Virus record (IMG/VR): IMGVR_UViG_2724679557_000005
Span: 26,522 to 90,521 of that record
Length of the DNA: 64,000 bases
Reading direction: 5' to 3' (one strand)
DNA from: a virus
Lineage: Duplodnaviria; Caudoviricetes
Shown here: piece by piece, positions 59,935-64,000 of the stretch
Position numbering within the stretch: the stretch's first letter is position 1
Layout: every line of letters begins with the position of its first letter
The notes under the pieces: generated by a model
Database searches by the model: none
Told to the model about the DNA's origin: nothing
What the model saw: only the letters and a program-made list of their open reading frames with translations
Position numbers and translations under genes: made by a program

Positions 59935-60022
59935 CTATGTGTATATTATATTCTTCTTCGTGTAATTATGTCAACATATTTTTTATATTTTTGTTGACTA
60001 CGTGTAATTTTAATTCTATAAT
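59935..60022. promoter_or_regulatory. Divergent lysis/lysogeny promoters with repeated operators
   Basis: Plus strand TTGACT-17-TATAAT toward the repressor; minus strand TTGACA-18-TATAAT; CGTGTAATT repeated in both spacers plus a TGTGTATA variant. Confidence 0.7.
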
Positions 60023-60044
60023 CGTAATAGGGAGGTGAAAAAAC

Positions 60045-60548
60045 ATGAAAATTGGAGAACGTATTACTATACTTAGGAAACATTTAAACTTAAATCAAGA
60101 TGATTTTGGAAGTAAAATAAATGTAACAAGATCCGCTGTATCTAACTATGAAAAAGGAACTCGTAATATAATGGATAGAGTTATATCAGATATTTGTAGA
60201 GAATTTAATGTTAATGAAGATTGGCTTCGTAATGGTACAAAACCTATGTTTATTGAGCCTGATACATTTTCATTAGATGAGTATGTAAAACAAAAAGGTG
60301 CTACTGATTTTGAATTAGAAATAATAAAATCTTTTTTTGAAATGGATCCAGAAATAAGAAAAGCTGCTACTGAACAATTTAAAGCTAGCTTATTATCTAA
60401 ATTAGCTAATAATAATGAACTTGCAGCTACCAAAGAAGAAAGTTTTGAAGATTACAAGAAAAAAGAACTTGAAGCATATGCTTTAGAGCTTGAAGCTGAA
60501 TCAAAAGGGGAAATATCATCAGCTTCAGAAAAGCTAAAAGACGCTTAA
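60045..60548 (+). CDS. XRE-family HTH phage repressor
   Basis: RK.LNLNQDDFG..I.V.RSAVSNYEKG, VNEDWLRNG; divergent from early genes, upstream of the integrase. Confidence 0.88.
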   Translation: MKIGERITILRKHLNLNQDDFGSKINVTRSAVSNYEKGTRNIMDRVISDICREFNVNEDWLRNGTKPMFIEPDTFSLDEYVKQKGATDFELEIIKSFFEMDPEIRKAATEQFKASLLSKLANNNELAATKEESFEDYKKKELEAYALELEAESKGEISSASEKLKDA

Positions 60549-60623
60549 AATTAACAAATTAATATTCTAGTTTAAAGGGTTATGAAATATCATAACTCTT
60601 TAAAAATATACGGGGGATTTAAT

Positions 60624-62285
60624 ATGAAAAAATCTGCAATTTATGTAAGAGTATCTACTAATCATCAAATAGATAAAGATTCTCTTCCACTACAAAAGCA
60701 AGATATGATTAATTATTCAAAGTATGTACTTGGTATAGATAATTATGAAATATTCCAAGATGCTGGATATTCTGGTAAAAATACAGATAGGCCTGATTTT
60801 CAAGAAATGTTTAAAAGGATTAAGGAAGGTGAATTTTCACACTTATTAGTATGGAAAATAGATAGAATATCTAGAAATCTTTTAGATTTTTGTTCTATGT
60901 ATGATGACTTAAAGAAATATGGTTGTACTTTTATAAGTAAAAACGAACAGTTTGATACAAGTTCGGCTATGGGTGAAGCTATGCTTAAAATAATATTAGT
61001 ATTTGCAGAGCTTGAAAGAAAACTTACTGGAGAAAGAGTTACTTCTGTTATGTTAGATAGAGCCAGTAAGGGTTTATGGAATGGTGCTCCTATTCCACTA
61101 GGTTACAAATGGGATAAAGAAATTAAGTTTCCTGTAATTGATGATGAAGAAAAGAATACTATAGAACTAATATTTAGTGAATATAAAGAAAATAAGTCTA
61201 CTTCATACATTAGAAACTTGTTAAATTCTAATAATATAAAAACAAAACGCAAGGGTTCCTGGACCACAAAAACAATTAGTGATATAATACGAAATCCTTT
61301 TTATAAAGGAACTTATAGATATAACTATCGAGAACCTGCAAGAGGTAAAAAGAAAAAAGAAAATGAATGGATAGTTTTAGAAAGTAATCATCCTTATATT
61401 ATTCCAACAGATCTATGGGAAGAATGTAATAAAATAATGGATGAAAATGCGAAAAGAAATAATGCTAAATTTAGGGATAATTCAAAAGTTCACATATTTT
61501 CAGGTCTTGTTAAATGTGGTGAATGTAATAATAACCTTTATGCAAAACAGGATAAAGCTAATCAAGATGGTTTTCGACCTAGTTTATATGTATGTAAATC
61601 TAGATATAATGGACTTGGTTGTACACAAAAGACCATTAGTGAAAATATAGTTGGAACTTTTGTACTTACACTTATATCTAATATGATTAATTTATCTAAT
61701 ATTAATAAAAAGAAATTAAGCTTAGATTTACTTGAGAATGAGCTTTTAAAAGGAAAATGCTTTGATAATGTAATAGGAATTAAAGAAATTGAAGATATAT
61801 TAGCTTCACTTCTATATGCTCCAAAGAATCTATTTACTCCTCAAAACAAAAATGAAAAATCAAATAATGGAGCAATTGGCTTAAATAGTTTAAGTTCAAA
61901 TTTAAAAAAATATGAGAGAGCATTAGAAAAACTTGATGATCTATATCTTTTTGATGAAGCAGATATGTCAAAAAAAGATTATTTTTTAAAAAAGCAAAAA
62001 ATCGAGAACAATATAACTGAAATAAGAAAAAAAATAGATGAAACTGCTATAACAGATTCATCATCTCATAATTATAATTTTATTTTAAATGCAGCTACTC
62101 TTGAATTTTCTAGAAAATTAATTAGTGAAAAAATCAATATGAAATCACTAATACAAGATGTTGGCAGAGACCTTATAAAAGAATTCGTAAATATATTAAT
62201 TAATAAAATTATTGTAAAAGATAGGCAGATAATAAGCCTTGAATTTAAAAATGGTCTAGTTACCACATTTATATACAACTCTTAA
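60624..62285 (+). CDS. Large serine integrase
   Basis: AIYVRVST catalytic Ser, DAGYSG..DRP, KIDRISRN, recombinase domain, zinc ribbon CGEC...C..C, coiled coil. Confidence 0.95.
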   Translation: MKKSAIYVRVSTNHQIDKDSLPLQKQDMINYSKYVLGIDNYEIFQDAGYSGKNTDRPDFQEMFKRIKEGEFSHLLVWKIDRISRNLLDFCSMYDDLKKYGCTFISKNEQFDTSSAMGEAMLKIILVFAELERKLTGERVTSVMLDRASKGLWNGAPIPLGYKWDKEIKFPVIDDEEKNTIELIFSEYKENKSTSYIRNLLNSNNIKTKRKGSWTTKTISDIIRNPFYKGTYRYNYREPARGKKKKENEWIVLESNHPYIIPTDLWEECNKIMDENAKRNNAKFRDNSKVHIFSGLVKCGECNNNLYAKQDKANQDGFRPSLYVCKSRYNGLGCTQKTISENIVGTFVLTLISNMINLSNINKKKLSLDLLENELLKGKCFDNVIGIKEIEDILASLLYAPKNLFTPQNKNEKSNNGAIGLNSLSSNLKKYERALEKLDDLYLFDEADMSKKDYFLKKQKIENNITEIRKKIDETAITDSSSHNYNFILNAATLEFSRKLISEKINMKSLIQDVGRDLIKEFVNILINKIIVKDRQIISLEFKNGLVTTFIYNS

Positions 62286-62308
62286 CATAGCACATCTACA
62301 CGTCTTTT

Positions 62309-62358
62309 AATTCTTCTTTACTTCTACTAACGGTCAACCCCATGTTTCAATAAAGAAG
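62309..62358. other. Right prophage attachment junction, core CAACC at 62335-62339
   Basis: Phage arm AATTCTTCTTTACTTCTAC starts 24 bp after the integrase stop and is joined to the native miaB 5' fragment. Confidence 0.88.
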
Positions 62359-62417
62359 TGTTTATCTCCATCTTGCTCAACTACATTGTTAAGCTGTTTA
62401 TCATCAAATTTTATCAT
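62334..62417 (-). pseudogene. miaB: Stranded native 5' end of miaB (27 codons)
   Basis: GGAGG RBS, MIKFDDKQLNNVVEQDGDKHFFIETWG then TGA created at the junction; rejoining at the core gives [18 protein letters not shown]. Confidence 0.9.
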
Positions 62418-62830
62418 TAATATTAAACCTCCACTTTAAGTAAATTCATTTAATAATATTAAATAATCCTATATATTGATTATTAACATTAAAATCTATT
62501 AGTAAATATTATTACCTTATAATATTATATCAATCATAATAATGTATAAGCAACATGAAAATTGAGTTTTCTCCTATCTATTAATATTACCATGTTAAAA
62601 AAGATCTAGAATACTCTAGATCTCTATTATACACTGTTTATTATTTTTTAGTTTCTAAAGGATCTTCTATTATTAATTCAATTAACAAATTTTGAAGCTA
62701 TAAAGTTAAATTTTAATTCTAGTTTAATCTGCAATAGTACTATATTTATTAATATCTTATTAGCAGAGAGGTATTTTTAATTAAATGTTTGAATTATTGA
62801 TAAAAGTAAACTTTCATAAGCAACAATCCA

Positions 62831-63112
62831 TTAAAAATTCCCACTTAATCCTTCAGTAGTGTAAAAATTTCCGCAATACATCGTTGATATGTCTATATCC
62901 GTATTAGAAATTGGAACAAAAGTATTTTTTTCTAACCCTTCTTCAGTGATAATATAAACTTTTAATGTTATATTATCTATATAGCAATCATATTTCGTTA
63001 TTTGCTTATGTTCATATTTAACTGCATTAATAAAATCTATTTTACTCTTAAAATCACTTTTTCTTCCATAGACTATTTTCTTATCATGATTCCAATTTAA
63101 TTTATTGCCCAT
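62831..63112 (-). CDS. Hypothetical protein
   Basis: ORF track; AGGAG RBS. Confidence 0.6.
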   Translation of the reverse strand: MGNKLNWNHDKKIVYGRKSDFKSKIDFINAVKYEHKQITKYDCYIDNITLKVYIITEEGLEKNTFVPISNTDIDISTMYCGNFYTTEGLSGNF

Positions 63113-63139
63113 TTAAATCATCTCCTATAAATTCTAAAA

Positions 63140-64000
63140 CTATTTTAACTTATTGCTCCAAGTACTTATTTTTCCATATTCATTAAAACCAATTTTTTTA
63201 TATAAATTCAAAGCTTTATAATTATTCACGTCAACATTTATTGTAATTTGTGAAATGTGTTTTTTATAGCATATATATATTAAATATTGTATAAGCATTT
63301 TTCCATAACCATTTTTTCTATACTCCTCTAATATACCTACATTAACAATTGTATAAATATCCTTATTCGAAATAACTTGTCCATACCCTATTGCAATATT
63401 TCCAATCATTATAAAAACACATAAATCATTTATATAGTAGTCTTCCTCTTCTTCTAACTTTATATCATAAGGAACTAAGGGAATTCTATCATTATCTTTA
63501 AATACAGAATTTTGAATAAAACATCTTAGATTCTCATCTTCTTTTTTAGTGAAAACCTTGAAATTAACATCCTTATTGAAATTAAAGCTACAATTAGATG
63601 TTCTCATTTTCATTAGCGATGTTGACCTAATTCGAGTAAAATTCAATTTAGTCATTATATCATAAGTTATGTTACTATCTACTACATCAAAATTTAAAGT
63701 CTTGTTTTTAAAAACATTAGTTAATTCCTTTGACATAAAATTAATATAATAATCACTTACATATAAAGATAAAATTTTTATAACATCTGATAATGGATAT
63801 TGCATCCATAAGTAACCTATATACTTGTTGTTATATTTAAACAACTTGATCTCTCTTCTTTTTATATACTTAGTAATGAATGATTTATCATTATATAATT
63901 CAAAAAAATCTTTGTTATTAATATACTTATCATTAGCTTCTTCTTGTAGTGTTTTAAAATAATTTAAATTTTTTAATGATAGCTTCTCTATTATAAACAT
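63140..64000 (-). CDS. GNAT-family N-acetyltransferase
   Basis: VGILEEYRKNGYGK acetyl-CoA motif and N.KALNLYKKIGF. Confidence 0.85.
   Translation of the reverse strand: MFIIEKLSLKNLNYFKTLQEEANDKYINNKDFFELYNDKSFITKYIKRREIKLFKYNNKYIGYLWMQYPLSDVIKILSLYVSDYYINFMSKELTNVFKNKTLNFDVVDSNITYDIMTKLNFTRIRSTSLMKMRTSNCSFNFNKDVNFKVFTKKEDENLRCFIQNSVFKDNDRIPLVPYDIKLEEEEDYYINDLCVFIMIGNIAIGYGQVISNKDIYTIVNVGILEEYRKNGYGKMLIQYLIYICYKKHISQITINVDVNNYKALNLYKKIGFNEYGKISTWSNKLK

Larger units (their letters stand above)
16501..62339 (-). mobile_element. Apparently intact temperate myovirus prophage (45,834 bp between cores) integrated in miaB
   Basis: Full packaging, head, contractile tail, lysis, replication, repressor and serine integrase modules bounded by reconstructable att sites. 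Confidence 0.95.

Overview
Very AT-rich Clostridium sensu stricto-type chromosome segment that appears to span the replication terminus. Bases 1-16.5 kb are host genes: the 3' end of mutS, a trehalose operon with a nonsense-interrupted treR, mutL-miaA-hfq-ynbB, lexA, two lipoproteins, a single Xer-family recombinase with an adjacent dif-like palindrome, ybaK and miaB. Bases 16501-62339 are an apparently complete 45.8 kb prophage with a lambda-like head, P2-like contractile tail, HUH Rep, ParA/ParB with two parS-like palindromes, a CI-like repressor and a large serine integrase. It is integrated inside miaB at the first Fe-S cysteine codon. The phage end supplies a replacement promoter, RBS and 25-codon N-terminus, and the native 27-codon miaB start is stranded at 62334-62417; a symmetric attP can be rebuilt from the two junctions. 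The prophage accessory arm (16.7-27 kb) carries a GHKL-ATPase/PD-(D/E)xK nuclease, a tandem pair of HATPase genes, and an integrase-less plasmid-like module (RHH, HTH Rep, iteron-like repeats, VirD4 coupling protein, MobV relaxase), suggesting a conjugatively mobilisable phage-plasmid. Four of these genes have leaders with an antisense promoter plus terminator. All calls are from motif reading by eye; no database searches were run.
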